A DNA stretch of 64,000 nt from the human T2T-CHM13v2.0 reference genome, Homo sapiens. The stretch's first letter is position 1. The number at the start of each line of letters is the position of its first letter. The translations under genes were made by a program, and so were the position numbers. Positions 13,039-29,283 of the stretch are shown here, piece after piece. The notes beneath the pieces were generated by a model. The model was not told the DNA's origin. It was given only the letters and a program-made list of their open reading frames with translations, and did no database searches. The stretch lies in assembly GCF_009914755.1 (NCBI RefSeq), contig NC_060927.1. One strand, 5' to 3'.

Positions 13039-13331
13039 TTTTTTTTTTTGAGACAGAGTCTCGTTCTGTTGCCCAGGCTGGAGTGCAGTGGTGCAATCTC
13101 GGCTCACTGCAACCTCCAAATTCCTGGGTTCAATCGATTCTCGTGCCTCAGCCTCCTGAGTAGCTGGGATTACAGGCACGAGCCACCATGCCTGGCTAAT
13201 TTTTGTATGTTTAGTAGAGATGGTGTTTCACCATGTTGGCCAGGCTGGTCTTGCAATCCTGGCCTCAAGTGGTCCACCCACCTCGGCCTCCCAAAGTTCT
13301 GGGATCAATGCCTGAGCCACCACGGCCAGCC
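13039..13331 (-). mobile_element. Alu (S/J type)
   Basis: Full reverse Alu; degenerate TSD AATTTATGTATGATT / AATTTATGTGTAATT. Confidence 0.95.
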
Positions 13332-14825
13332 AATTTATGTGTAATTAATGCTTTGTGTGGACTTTCATCTGAATACAGAACCTCACATTTTCAAAAGATG
13401 CTTGGGAAGTAAAAGAAGCTGAATTTTTTCCCCATCATTTTTGTTTTTAAAAGAGAACAATCTCCCAGATCAATGACCTACATTGTGTTAGATGTAGAAC
13501 CCCCCTGCAATTTTTTTGAGGAAGAATTAGAAAATGACTATTTCAGACAAAGAAAGTAATACCCCAATAATAAACAGAGGCTTCAGGAGAACACATAAGG
13601 AGGAGGGAAGTCTACGTCTCATAAAAACAGAAGGATCTTCAGTCAAATTTACCTACATGCTGTCAGTTTGCTTTTCTCTTCATCAGTCTGTCTCTTGTCT
13701 AAGACGAGTCCTTCCGTACGGGAGTCTCCTCCACCCCCACTCAAAAAACTTTGACATTTAAAATTTTATTTTTTCTAAGAAAAGCTTATCTGAAAACTCA
13801 CATGCTTCTCTAGTTACATATGAAAGAAACTGTACTTACATCAACATTATCTTTATTTATCAACTCCCCTGCACATTGCCCCCTGGGTACCAACAGTTCA
13901 AAAGTTCAAAAAGGGTTTTGAAAATAAACCAAGATAGAAAACAGGCACCAACTCCTATTTGGAACTTACATTCTCATGCCTTCTAGCATTCTCTGGATGA
14001 CGGATCAAGAGGAATGATAAAAGAGAGAGAGAGAGGCAGCTGCCAGGGGAGGGTATCAATTGGTGTGGATGGGGCATTTCTCACACCGACTGAAAAATTC
14101 GTGTTGTCCCCAGAAGCTGTCAGGCTAAGCAAGAGACAGATCTACATATCACAATTCAGGATGAGAGGCAGCAGCTGAAAGCCTCATTCACTCAGAAATC
14201 CTTCCTCTCTTTTATTCTTACATTTTCCTTGTTTTTAATGCTATTTTTATTTGGCTTCCAACATTCCTCTCTGGGTTTCTGTTAGCCTCTTAAAAGGGAT
14301 GCGGGAGAGAGCACATGAACAGGTCTGTATGCAAGACAACCTTTGCTGGGCATCTGGAACTGTCTCTGCTCTAGTGCTGCACTAATTGGTTGATACCTTC
14401 CTTCGCTAAATCTTGTTACAACCTGCAACTAAAGACGAGGCTCTCCCCATTCAATCAATGAAGCGGGATATCTCTCTTCAAACAGACAAAGTGAATGGAC
14501 ACAACACAAATTTGAATCTGTCTGTTACAAGACACCGGGGCCCAGGCAGCCGTTACTTCCTCCCTGGAGCACCAATTCAGTCCAGCTGGGAAACAGTTAT
14601 TCTGTACGTGGAGTTATCCCTCACCCCTATCCCCACCCCTATCCTACTCCTCACCAGGCTATAAACGCCATGAGAGACGGAATGGCACACAAACATCTTC
14701 CTCACTGGAGTTGTGGCAGGCTCTGAACTGGGGATCAAGAAACCTTAGTGAGTGCGGTTTATTGTCCTAATTCTACTTCCAGGTATTTACTCTAAAGAAG
14801 TTCTCATGCATGCCAAAGATGTTTA

Positions 14826-15137
<312 letters not shown>

Positions 15138-16240
15138 AAATCATAAATGTCTGTTATCTGTGGAATGAATAAGCACAATTCATTGACAAATGACAGAATA
15201 CTTTGTACATTTCTAGCAGGGTAAGTGAGATCTATACATGTCAACATGATACCTTTTTCAAAATCGTGCCTGAATAAATTCAGCATGAAGTAGTTAGGAT
15301 ACAATATAGTTTGATACTAAACTTGTAAACTAAATACACACTCTCAGAAAAGGCTACCTGTGTACATAAGTGTATATAAATGGAATGGAACGGGTACCCC
15401 AAGCTCCTGATGGAATGTGCTGCTGAGAAGTGGGAAGGGGAAAAGTTATAAGAGATCTTAGGTGTTGCTGAAATGTTTTATTTGTTTTAAATATATCTAA
15501 AAGCAAATAGGACAAGCTGCTAAGAGGGGTTCCTTCAGGGTGAACAGGATGCAGATGACTGCTAACCCTGTATATTCCTCTAACTGGTATATGTCTCAGG
15601 CTCTCCACCCAATCCACTCCCTGCCAAGTGAATTCTGAAGATGGTTTGAAAAATCCCTCAATCAACTAGGTTGTCTTTTTACACATATTTAGCCAAGCAC
15701 CCTCTTCGTCAGATAAGAGATTGTATAAGCAAAACCAAATTAGTTTCTCAAAAGAGGAAGTTTACTTTTTTGTTTTGTTTTTTCTTTCTGGTAGAAATAT
15801 CATAACCCCAATTACTGAGTGATCAGGAACAGTGAAGCTGGATCTTCTCCAAGTCACAAAATCCTCATGTGTTCATGTGTGGCGTGTACATGTCTCTTCC
15901 AGTCTGATGTAGTGAAGAACACAAACTGTTCTTCAAAATTCCAGCTGGGGCTAGGAGTATGGAACCCTGATTTAACAAAAAGCTCGCCTGGATCTCTGAG
16001 CTGGAGATGGTGTTTTCAAAAAATGATGTGGCTCATCACTGAAAGTTTTCAGGGTGATGGCTCATAAATGGTGAAGAAAAAAGGCAACAGAAAAACAAGG
16101 GAACTGTTTCAAGATTTGGACTGGGATTAAAGGAGGATTACTGATGTGAGAGGTGTGTGAGTGTGTGTGCGCGTGCATGCACGCGTGCCTCATGTTTATA
16201 GGAAAGAGTTTATTCTCTCTCTGTTAAGAATAAAGGAGCT

Positions 16241-16651
<411 letters not shown>

Positions 16652-16776
16652 TCAATAATATTAACATGAATGATAACAAAAGATGTCTTTCTAAAACAAA
16701 GAAGAGATATGGCGATGGCCTACAGATAATTACCTTAGAGGAGGGGATGGGCAATGGAGATCCCCATGTATTGGGG

Positions 16777-17100
<324 letters not shown>

Positions 17101-17829
17101 TGTATTGGGTTATTTCTTTTGGAAACAAGACTTTATTGTTACTTTTGATATTGTTAATTTGTTTCCCAAAAATCCCAGAGCCAAAGCACAAGTTTTCTTA
17201 GTGACACCTGACCAAGTTTCTAAAAATGTTGTACAAAGGCCATTAAGAAGAAAAAAAAAAACCCATAATTGTTGACTTTAAATATGCAGGCAAAAGTCAC
17301 AGTAAATAACAATAATTTGCTTGGAATATTGTTCCATACAGCATTTCACAGAAATCCAGCATACAATTTACAAGAAAGTGCAGGCAAATTAATTGTATAC
17401 TTTCACCTTTTCTTCTCAATTCACATATGAGAAGAATACCATTTTACCCCACACAGAGAAGCCCCATAGGCCTCACAAGGTTTTGAAAAGAGACTAATCA
17501 ATAGTATCAACTGAACCTGAGATTAGACTAAACGGCAGACAGAGGCAAGCAGCCTATAACTATTAAGAATCCTCATTCCCATGGCTTTCAACCTCCTTTT
17601 CCCTGATGGCAGGCAACAGGGCAATATGGTTTATCGTGCAGAGACTGAATCCGGTACAAAATGCCACCCCCAGCCCAAGGACTGACACTGCTAATGGTTT
17701 GTGAAATACCTCCAAAGGCACTGCACCAGCACGCAGCCACCAACTTCCAAATTTCCACACATCTGCCTTGCCAGCCTTTACGTGGAGGTCTCCCAAAGAC
17801 AAGGGGCAAGGATGCATGGCCCCAAACTC

Positions 17830-18275
17830 ACAGTGAGCCTTGGGTTCAAGTCCAGGCTCCCATGTTTAGTCTCTGTGCAACTATGGAAGAGTGGTTGGCC
17901 TTTTCTGATGCCTGCCATCCTCGCCTATGGAAAGGGTATAGTAACAGCAGCTACCTCAGAAGGCAGGTGTGAATGTAAGGTGTATAAGTTAGCCAGACAT
18001 CAGGGGAATCTATGTTCTGTGCATCCAAATCATCACCTTACGAGTAAAAACAGTAGCTGCCATTTATTGAGCAATGACCATGTGAGACACACAAAAGCTC
18101 TTTCACATTTCTGGACTGCACCACCCTAGGTAGAAGTTCACAGTATTACCAGTTTGCAGATGGAAAAACTGAAGCTAAGAGAATAATCCACCCAGACAGA
18201 CAGCCAGGAGGAGGCAGATGTTGGCTAGGAGGCCAGGTAGATCTGATTCCACAGATTTAGGCCCTAAACCAGAGT
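17830..18275. mobile_element. Two diverged MIR fragments in opposite orientation (+ about 17830-18000; - about 18045-18275)
   Basis: TGGGTTCAAGTCCAGGCTC on plus; CCATTTATTGAGCA...TTTGCAGATGGAAAAACTGAAGCT as reverse core. Confidence 0.55.
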
Positions 18276-18370
18276 TCCACGTTCCCAGCTGCACCTCAGA
18301 ATCACTTGGGAAGGTTATAAAAGGCCAATGTCCAGGTCAACCTCCAGGCCAATTAAATTGGAATGTCTAA

Positions 18371-18720
<350 letters not shown>

Positions 18721-18807
18721 TAAAGCTTTTCACTCCAACATGCAGCCTTGTTGGAGAACAACTGTTCCAGTCACCGTACCATACCAGGCACGTGGTCCTT
18801 CCCCGAT

Positions 18808-19438
18808 GAATTAGTTTCATTTTGCTGTGTAACAAATTCCTGCAAACTTAAGGGCTTAAAACAACACACATTTCTTATCTTACAGTTCTGGAGATCAGAA
18901 GTCTCAGATGGGCCCCAACGGGCTGAAATCAAGGACTGTGTTCCTTCCAGTGGAGAATCTGCTTCCTCACTATTTCCAGCTTCTTGGAGCTGCTCACATC
19001 TCTTAGCCTGTGGCCTCTTCCCGAATTATTTTCGTTATTTTTTTCTTTTGTTTTTAATTGACACATAATAACTGTATGTGTATATATATATATATATATG
19101 GTACAGTATGATTTTTTGACACATGCGTATCTTGTGTGAAAATCAAATCAGGGTATTCCATTTCCAAAGTCAGCAACATTGAGCCAAGTCCTTCTCGTGA
19201 TGCTATCTCTCAGGCTCTCTCTCTTTAGCAGCCTTCTTCTACTTTTAAGGACACTGGTGATTCCACTGGGTTCGCCGAGATACTCCAAGATAACCTCCCC
19301 TTCTCAAGGGGGCAGGTGATCAACAACCTTAATTGCATTTGCAACCTTAATTCTCCCTTGCCATGTAACATACCATATTCCCAGATCCAAGGGATTAGGA
19401 TGTAGAGCTCTTTGGGTTGTGTTATTCTGCCTTCCACA
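18808..19438 (-). mobile_element. MLT1 (MaLR) solo LTR interrupted by a short L1MA-type 3' fragment (about 19030-19157)
   Basis: TGCTGTGTAACAAATT...GGCTTAAAACAACACACATTT...TTACAGTTCTGGAG at one end and TATTCTGCCTTCCACA at the other; insert TTTTTAATTGACACATAATA...ATCAAATCAGGGTA. Confidence 0.8.
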
Positions 19439-21764
19439 CCTGACAATTCTGCCTCCAGATCAGGATCGCAGGCAAAAATGACACATTCTGACAATAACGT
19501 GAAAGTGGGTCTCAGTATACAAGCCTCCTGCTTGCTTTACAGTTTTATGGTGAGTATTTTACCTGCCCCTGCAACTTAGGTACCAAGCACAGTGCTTGGA
19601 GCACACCAGGGGCTCAACAGATGCTTATGGAGGGAAAGAAAGAAAGGATCTTGCATTTCTCCCGCCACAACAGTTTATATCAGATATGCTATCATGTTCA
19701 ATAAGGAAAGAGATAACCCGGGCTGTTTCTAATTGGATAGTCACAGGAGAAATTTCTGCTTGATTCTAAATACAGCAACTCCACTCTGTTTCTTGCATTG
19801 GGAACGGCACGCCACCCATTCTCCCCAGCACACAGAAGCCTGCATCTAATTTTACAAGAGCTTGAAAGTAATATGTCCTCTAACTTGAATTTTCTTTGCC
19901 AGTGGCCACCACAAAAACAAATGACTTTCAGTAGTGTATGTTTCACTGGGTTTGTGTATTGGGTTGTTTTTTGGAGGCTGGGGTGGGGGGTGGCGGGAAC
20001 ACACATTTTAAAAATCATGCTTCTAATCCTTAAAAAGACTAAAATAGTTTCATCCTTTCATAACCTGTCATCACGCATGTTTTTCTAAAATTAAACACAT
20101 ATGGCTCAAGCCAGAGTTACATTATGCACCATATTATGTAATTATCTTTTCAATTTATTACTCCTCAAAATAGAAAAAGATTAGCCCATGTTTCTTAAGT
20201 CTGAGTAAACATATGGCCTGAGGATTGTAAATGACATCCTATCTTTAAAAGAAGTTCCAAGACTAAACAACATACAATACTCCCTTCGGAAAGGCCATAT
20301 GTGGTATCAGGGTTGTGAGATACAGAAGAACTGTGCGTGTGTGTGTGTGTGTGTATACATCTTTTTGCTTTCTGGCCATGTCTTTGATGCCGTGAAATAT
20401 TCCTGCTGGCGGATCATAAACAGCACAAAAATAGGGACCAAAAAAAAAAAATCTCCATTTCAGCATTTCCCATTAGCCTAGTGCACTTGGGTCCTGTTTA
20501 ATCCATAAGGAAAAGGTTCCCAGTCATCTGGGTGTTCGTACAAGAATTATCTGTCGCTCTACAATTCAGGGGCTTTGTGCCCGCTTCCCCAGCAGCCTGT
20601 GTACGTCCCATTCTTCATGTTCCCTGGTGATTTAAGACCTCCTTTGAGACCCTGTGCTTGATCACTGTCCTTTTCTTCCTCGTCAGGAAAGAGAGCAGTC
20701 AAGCAGGGATCCTCATCCCTGCCAACGACTCCCTTCCCTACAACTACATTAAAGTTATTCCGGAGGCTCCCAGCAGTGTGTGGCTTAGTTAAGGGTCTGA
20801 CAACGTCCCTATTATCAGAACCTTTCTTCAGGGGGGTTTGCAACTCGAAGACTTTTAATTTGCAACAGGCGGAAATTTTTGCATAGGGCTGCCAAGCATA
20901 AAGGAAATATTTCAGAGACCATTCAAACTGAAATCAGTTTCATTGTTTATTCTGTGTTGAGGGATATCAGAAATGAAATGCTGTAAGTGGGTTTCTGATG
21001 CCTTTATGCTCCCCTTAACTAGAAAGGATGGTTTTGAAAAATAATTTTAAAGAAAGCCAAGCAAGTTGAAAACCAGCTAATCAGGCTCGCACACAGCCGT
21101 TACCATGCGCACATTCACGAGGTTTTTAAATATACATTGTGCCATGAATGTCCAGCAGGAATTTGTGGATTTCAGAAGACTTTTCTTCAAGAAAATATCA
21201 TTCCCAATGGGCCGATACCAACAATTTGCAATGGTACAGCCAAGCAAATTTTAGGAACAGAGCATCTGATCACATTTTATTGACTAAAGCGGAAGCATTT
21301 AGATGAGATAGTAAAACAGTTGGTGGATGTTCTGCTCTGCCATGATGGAAGACTTTCTCTTTTTCACAGCATAAAGGCAATCCTTTTCATTTGCTCTAAA
21401 TGGGTAAGTAGAGGCAAGGGGCAGCAGACACCCTGTCATAACCATTCCACAGTGCAGCATAAAGATCCCGGTTTCTAATTACTAGGATGAGACTACAGTC
21501 CACTAAAAATAAACCACTAAATTGGCTAGAAAAAGATGTATCTTAGAGGCAGAATCGATGAACAAATCATTTGGGCTACATCCTATGTTTACTGAATCTT
21601 TGGAACCAGAAATGCCACGTTTAGCTTATTTAGCACCTCATTATTTAATGCAGATCAATGCTGACATTCCCCCAGAGAAATGTATAATAGTCCAATCAGG
21701 AAGGAATATGAAGTGCAGACTAACGTGCACAGCAGGTTTTTTCCTTTATGAGCAGGCTCTCACT

Positions 21765-22120
21765 GCAGGGCCTTTGCACTTGCTGTTCTCATTCAGGAAT
21801 GGTCTTCCCTCAAATATTCTCATGGCCCCCTCAGGTCTCACTATCTTTTTCTTTCTTAATGTTCCTAAGTAAAAACAGCACATTCCTCACCCACAGTCTC
21901 CATTTCTTTATCCTGATTTATTTCCTCCATACCACTTACCACCAAGAGAAACATTATATAGTGTTTGATTTGTTTCCCCATCTAGGATAAAAGTGCCATG
22001 AGATCAGGGAGTAGTTTTGGCCACTGCTGCATACTAATAATCTGTGAACTAGTACCTGGAATGTAACCAGCACTGAGATATTTACTGAGTAAAGAAATAA
22101 ACAGGAGAATGAATGAATGA
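21765..22120 (+). mobile_element. L2 3' end fragment
   Basis: CAGGGCCTTTGCACTTGCTGTTC...CCATGAGATCAGGGA...GAATGAATGAATGAAT. Confidence 0.7.
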
Positions 22121-22428
22121 ATATGCTAATACAACCACCTCTGTATCCTCTTTGGTAGGCAGGAGGCAAGAAGCAGGCTAATCTGTCTATGGAGACACAA
22201 CTGCACTAGGGCTCACCTATCTTTTCGGAATGAAGAATGGCTTGAATCTAAGTTATTTACTTTGGAAAAAAAAAAAAGAGATCTCAGGCTATTCTGACAT
22301 TAACAGTGAGAAAATTTAAAACAAAAAACCTGGAAGTAAAAGTAACATAGCCCAGCAGTTAGGGGTTTTAACTCTGGGGTTAAACTGCCTGGGTTCAAGT
22401 CTCAGTTCCTCTCCTTAAAAACAGTGTG

Positions 22429-22723
22429 CAGTAATCCCAGCACTTTGGGAGGCTGAGGCAGGCGAATCACTTGAGCCCAGGAGTTTGAGACCAGCCTGGG
22501 CAACATGGCAAAACCTTGTCTCTGCTAAAAATACAAAAAATTAGCCAGGTGTGGTAGCATGTGCCTGTAGTCTCAGCTACCTGGAAGGGTGAGACGGGAG
22601 GATAACCTGAGACCCAGAGGTCAAGGGTGCGGTGAGCTGTGATCACACCACTGCACTCCAGCCTGAACAACAGCATGAGACCCTGTCTCAAAACCAACAA
22701 CAACAGCAACAACAAAACAACAA
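22429..22723 (+). mobile_element. 5'-truncated AluJ inserted into a MIR (about 22345-22416 and 22736-22880)
   Basis: TSD AAAAACAGTGTG at 22417-22428 and 22724-22735; the MIR core reads through the insertion. Confidence 0.92.
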
Positions 22724-23951
22724 AAAAACAGTGTGGCTTGGCCAGTTATTTTACCTCTCTCAGTGTCAGCTCCCTCACCTGTAAAATATGGCCAAGAACA
22801 GGACTTAACCACTCAGAGTTTTCAGGAGGATGCAATAAGGGACTTCAAATAAGCACAGTGCCTGGTATAAGCTAATTGTCACAAAATTGTACCTACGAGT
22901 TATTTTCCTTTTCAAAAAAGCAAGTATCTACCAGACTGAAGCTTCTGAGACACAGAATCAGAGATCTTTTGATATTTTTTACTGAATCAACTGCCCACAA
23001 TTTTTTTTAAGTTAAAAAGTCTGTTTCCTTATTGGAGCTAGTTAGTTGCAACATTTACAAATTTCAGGTGGATTATTATCTTTGTTTCCAACTTTTTTCT
23101 ATTCCAAGAAATTATGGTATGCTTCCAGTTGTGGCTTATCCTTCCTGACGTAATTTTACTTACTCACAAGAGGCACAACCTCCTTCATTCACTATAAGCT
23201 GTGTCCTTATGATTATGCAGTCAAAAAGGCATCCATGGGTTTTTTAAATTGTCCACACACATTGTATCAATGTTTCATGTGTCCTCCCAAAGGAATTATG
23301 AAACAAATGTCAAGCCCTGCTTTAATACATTTTTTTAAAATTTCCCCAAACACTGATTTTACGTTTCTGATCTCTTAGAGGGATGTATCATGGAAGAATC
23401 AGGACTTCAAGTGGAATAGGCTTTGTTCCATGATACCTTACCTTTTCAAAGTTGAAAGACACATCATATTTCTGTCCTTTGCATAAAAAAGCAATAAATG
23501 TCTTTTTCCCAGAACAAACATTGTTCTATGGCTTTTCTTAAGAATGGCTGGTATTTGTCTATTTCCTCGCCTACTGCTCATGTTAGAAGCTGACTAGAGG
23601 TATGCCTTATCACGCGTGGCTTCATATGTGTAGCAGACGAGACAAACAGGCAAGCTGTTTACTCCCAGAGATGTTGGTTATTAGGGCTTTCTTTAGGAAC
23701 TCCAATGTTAGTCACATGCAAAGATGTAATTGAATTAATCCACTCTCTACAGAGCACAACAGGATATAAAATAACTTTTAAATTCCCATATATGAAATAT
23801 ACACGCTTATTACCCTTTGACATCACACAATATATAGGACGTCTACAAATTTGTAACCCCTAGCTCCATTCGCTTCTTTCTTATGCATCTGCTCCAGTTC
23901 CCCCTCCAGAGTGGACAAACTTGTTGTGGACTTAAACCAGAGGCTGAATGG

Positions 23952-24297
<346 letters not shown>

Positions 24298-24419
24298 TGA
24301 ATGGTCTTCATACCACATCTTCTGATCACCTGATGCTGGCAGGTGGCAGGCAAAGCCTCTCGTAGAAAAGGACCCATCAAGAGCGGTCTCAGTTAGTCTG
24401 CTCCAGTGTGGCAGTGCAA

Positions 24420-24640
24420 ACAAGCACCACTGGCTTTTGAATGAGGGAAACCTCAGTTCCAATATTGCCTCTGTCACTTAAAGCTCTGATCCTGGGCAAG
24501 TCACCTCATCTCCATACACCTCCATTTCTTCATCAATCATCTGGAGTAGGGGAAGCGGGCATCCCATTACCCATCCACCGACTGAGACGTGGATATGTCA
24601 AATGAGATAACTTACATTACAAATCCCAACACTGTGACTA
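24420..24640 (+). mobile_element. MIR
   Basis: CTCTGTCACTTA...CCTGGGCAAGTCACCTCATCTC...CCTCCATTTCTTCATC. Confidence 0.6.
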
Positions 24641-25789
24641 AAAGTAAAGCCTAAAAGTCTCAAAAATGATGAAGAATGTTGTTATTACTATTAAAAGCGC
24701 AAGTGCTTCTAAACAGAAGAGTCACTGTGTCTTGCCCTACAGCACCTGTCTCTCCCTGCAGTCCTTGAAATGACCTCTGGACAAATCATTCCTTTTCCTG
24801 TCTGGCAATCTATTCAAAATCCTTGGGACCCTTAAGAGGGACAGGTCGCATGGTGTAGGGGATCTAGAGACACCTAGACTTGCTCCTGGCACCTGGGCGC
24901 CTTTGGGCAAGTTATTTAATGTGTCTTGGTCTCAGATGCTTTGCCTGGAACTCCATGAGGGCTCAAAGTTACTATCTCCCAAACTACCTTCTGCAAAGAC
25001 ATAATGGGGTTTATAGGGTGGGGTGAAGGGCAGGTTTCTAGGACTGAAGTATTAGTCATGTTGAGGGGCATGATCTCATCGACTGGGCCCCCAACGCTGC
25101 TTCTCCCTTGATCTCCATGTTATGACTCTGTTAAGGAGGGAAAAACATCACAGTATTCTGGCCAAAGTGGGCCAGACTAGGGACTAAAACATAAAGCCAA
25201 AGAAAATCACAAATGGGGCATAAGAACGCCCAACTACCCTTTGAAGAAAATGTTACCCAAGAGGGATGCACCATTCTGAACAACTCAACATGATGCAACC
25301 AAACCTTGTCCTTGGGTAAGTAGAAATAAAAGATATAGAAAGAAAAATGGGTCCTTAACACAGGTTGTAGTCCCAAGAAACACTGGGCTCACCCTTCACA
25401 TCTTGTGAACTCCACCACTGACTTACCCCCACCTCTCCTCTACCTCCTCCCTGGGAACCCAGGCACCAATAAAACAACTCGTAATGCATATATTTTTTTA
25501 AAAAATTGACAAGGGAGAATAAACACATTTGGGGGTGAATATGTTTGTCTAATTAAAAATATTTTCCTGCTTAATATAGGCTAACCGGCTGGAGAATTAA
25601 TGTGCCGCCTGTGCACATATGCAGTAAGAGTTTAAAAAAAGGAGGAATTTCAGTAGGTGCTTTGTCTTCTGATGTACAGGAATGACTGCCCAAATTCATA
25701 CACAGGGCTTCGTCTTTGAAAAACACACAAAGGTGGAGGAGGCAACAAACAAACCAAAAACCGACAAACAGCCAACCGGCTATTCAGCT

Positions 25790-25935
25790 AAAACACACAC
25801 ACACACGCACCCCCAAACAGCCACACACATAACCCCCAAATAGACACACACATCTCAAATAGACACACACACACCACCCCCCCAAATAGACACACACACA
25901 CCCCCCCAAATAGACACACACACATCCCCCAAATA

Positions 25936-25970
<35 letters not shown>

Positions 25971-25980
25971 AAAACAGCCA
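25790..25980. repeat. Compound minisatellite of Cn-AAATAG-(AC)n units ending in a long (AC)n
   Basis: Five AAATAGAC cores plus AAACAGCC variants read directly. Confidence 0.9.
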
Positions 25981-28930
25981 ACCAGTATGGAACTGGCTAA
26001 ATAAATGACACTTCATCCATATGACACAATGCTGCGCTGCCATTACAAAGAATGATACATACCTACATTAATGATAGAGCAGAATGGCACACACACACAG
26101 ACATGCCCACACACACATATACACACATACTGTACTTTTACTACTTGTTTAATTTCTGTCTTTTTGTCCGTCACTAAACCTCCCCCCACCCTGCAAAATT
26201 TTATTATAAAAATGTTCAAACATCCAGACAAGTTGAAAAGACAACATATTTAACACCCATATACCTGCCTCTTAGATGTTGCCAATTAACATTTTACTTT
26301 ACTTGCTTTAGCCTATCTTTGTTCATCTATTTTGGTTTTTGACACAGATCACAGTAAGTTCCATGATATATTTTCAAGGAAAAAGACAAACTACCAAACA
26401 GCATGTACGGTATGACCTCATTTTGAAAATATATATACATGGGTGTGTGTGCTTACATACCTAGAAAAAAACAATGGAAGGAAATACCACACAATGTTAC
26501 AGTAACATTTTATATATCTTTTCCCCTCGTTACCTGTAGGCACTTTTTTCTTTTATCTCTCATTTAAGCCATCAACATTTATTCCTTGTGAAATAAATAG
26601 ACATGGAATTACGAGAAGGAGCCAAGGATGAGGGGAGGAATGTGAAGCAGGCAGGAAGGATGTAGGGCAGAAAGGAAAGATTCAAAGCCATCCATCCATC
26701 CCTTCCTAGGCTGCGGAGGCTCATGCTAAAGCCACCCACGGGTTGCTGGCCACCCAAGGCAAAGAAAAGCCACCGAGAAGCACCCCAACTCTCGGTCTTG
26801 CCGGCCATCCAAATTGTTTTAGTATCAGGTTCACGATTTTTCAGATGCAGTTTTAAAACAATTTCCAACCACCTCCCTGAGATTGTCTGCGGAACGTGAT
26901 GGGGATTTCCTGTTTCCAGGCTCTGCTTTTTGGCCAGCCGTCATAAAGAATCCACCGCATCAGGTTCCCAGTGCAACAAGGCCACCGTCCTGTGCCTCCA
27001 CACCCAGCTCGGGGCCCTGCACATTGGAAAGCACTTGGTCAGCATCCACCTGGGCCTCAGCCTCTGGCTTTAGAAGGCCAGGAAAATCCCAGTCACAGAT
27101 GCACTGCCCAGACCTGCGGCACCATCCACACCCACACAGCAGGGGATGCAGCCCCAGGCTTTTGCCGCCCACCAATATACTTGTCTGCCAATTCGAGGAC
27201 TTACTGGGTAAGATTTAGGTCTCACTTCCAATTATTAAAAGAAGGGAACAAATAAAGGGAATTGCCTCTGCTCCAAGGGATATTCTAACATGGCTCTTGG
27301 AGTCTTCTAGACGTGCCCCAGCCCGCAGAGGGGGAGTAAGGGGAGAGGGCACGAGGAGGACAAGCGGAGCCCTGGCCTCAAAGGCACCTCTTAGGAGCCT
27401 TGCTGGGAAACACCGGGTGTGCCTAAGACAATGCCATGGGTGATGACTAAAAAGACAATCACAGAGCATGCAAAATAAAAATGATAACTTAGATGAGGCC
27501 TGTGAATTTTTAAATAGCACTCGCTGATGGATCAGCAGAATTGCATAGCTTCAGGGTTTAGTATTCAAATCCTGCATCTGGCTTCACATTAATAATCCAT
27601 TACCATGTTCCCATTCAAAATACTGCATTTTCCCAGCACTTTGTTTCTGTTGTTCACTTTAAAAAATTAAGACACACTCAAAGTATCTATAATCTCACCC
27701 TAAGAAAAATCTAGGTACTTGAAAACATTAAGCTGTCATTCATATCTTAAGAGTCACCTATATCTGAACTACCTCCTCCACACGGGCATTCTGAAGAAAG
27801 AAAGGGAATCTGTGTTCAAGAAAGTAAGTATGCAATACCCCAACTCTAGGAAATTCATTCGACACGTGTCTGTATCAGACGCTCTGAGATGTTCTCAATT
27901 TAAAACCATCCTCCATAGATTACCTATTTAAAATCCCATGAAAAAACACTGAGAAATGAGGATCCCAGCAATTTTTTTAATCCAGCTAATATCTTTCAGT
28001 ATAATTTTTTAATCTATAAATTGTGATTATAATTTTCACTCCTGTTGATAACAAAATATGTTTTAAGAAACCATGAGGCTTTATACAATGTAGACATAAA
28101 AACATGTTTTTTGAACCTGGGTCTTTGATGTGAGAGCCAATATTTATACAAACAAAATCTAGACTATCTGAGCAAAAAAGGAATGTAGAAATCATGGATT
28201 CCAACTCCCTGGTTTCACAGAGAAGGACACTGAGGCTGAGAGACTTAAGTGGCTTTAACGGCACAGGACATAAATGGTCCCATAACATCAAGTGAACAAA
28301 GAAAATGAGGCAGAAACAGACAGACACATCATTAGGAAGTGTAAGTGTAAGCAGAACATAACTCAATCATTAGTTGCTCTTTTTTTTTTTTTTTCTATTA
28401 AGGGCTTTAGTATCTGATGTTTGGGTCTTTGACTGTAAAATAGTCATGACCACAAACTGTCCTTAACACCACAAAACACATCATCACTCCTCAAAAAGAA
28501 CCTCAGCCCTGTAACATAAAGGCAACTTTAGAAAACTGATAAAATAAACCACTTAAAGAGTAACCACTTGGTTTGTAAGTAAACTATTTGGTTTGGTTTT
28601 CAAAGAGGACTTCAAAGGGGCTCAAGATAATAGAAATCTGGGACTTCGGCATCTTTCGTCACAGGAATGATAGACCAACTACTATCAATCACCATTTGCT
28701 GAAGAAATATTTACAAATTACCTACTTTGTGCCAGGTATTGTACTCAGAGACCAAAACACAACAGAAAGAACCTGTAAAGTTACATTCTTGTCTTTTGGA
28801 GCTGGGGAGAAGACAGACATTAATCAAAATAGAAACAAAGATGTGTATAAAACCGAAAGGGATGAATGCCACAAAAAGCAAGTTATATGGGTCCAGGAGA
28901 AAATATAAGGGAGGCATTAGGATGGTCAGG

Positions 28931-29221
28931 GGCTGGGCACAGTGACTTACACCTGTAATACCAACACTTTGGGAGGACGAGGCAGGAGGGTTGCTTGAGG
29001 CCAGGAGTTCGAGACCAACCTGGGAAATACAGTAAGACCCCATCTCTACAGACAATTTTAAAATAAAAATTTGCCAGGTATGGTGGTGTACACCACCTGT
29101 AATCCCAGCTATTTGGGGGGCTGAGGCAGAAGAATCACTTTAGCCCAGGAGTTTGATGCTGCAGGGAGCTATGATTACACTACTGCACTCCAGCCTGGGC
29201 CACAGAACAAAACTCTGTCTC

Positions 29222-29275
<54 letters not shown>

Positions 29276-29283
29276 AAAAAAAA
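28931..29283 (+). mobile_element. AluJ with (CA)n tail, inserted in a reverse L2 (about 28690-28925 and 29285-29700)
   Basis: Dimeric Alu; ATGGTCAG on both sides; L2 motifs CTACTTTGTGCCAGGTATTGT and GGTCAGGGAAGGCTTCCCTGAGGAGGTGAC. Confidence 0.9.
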
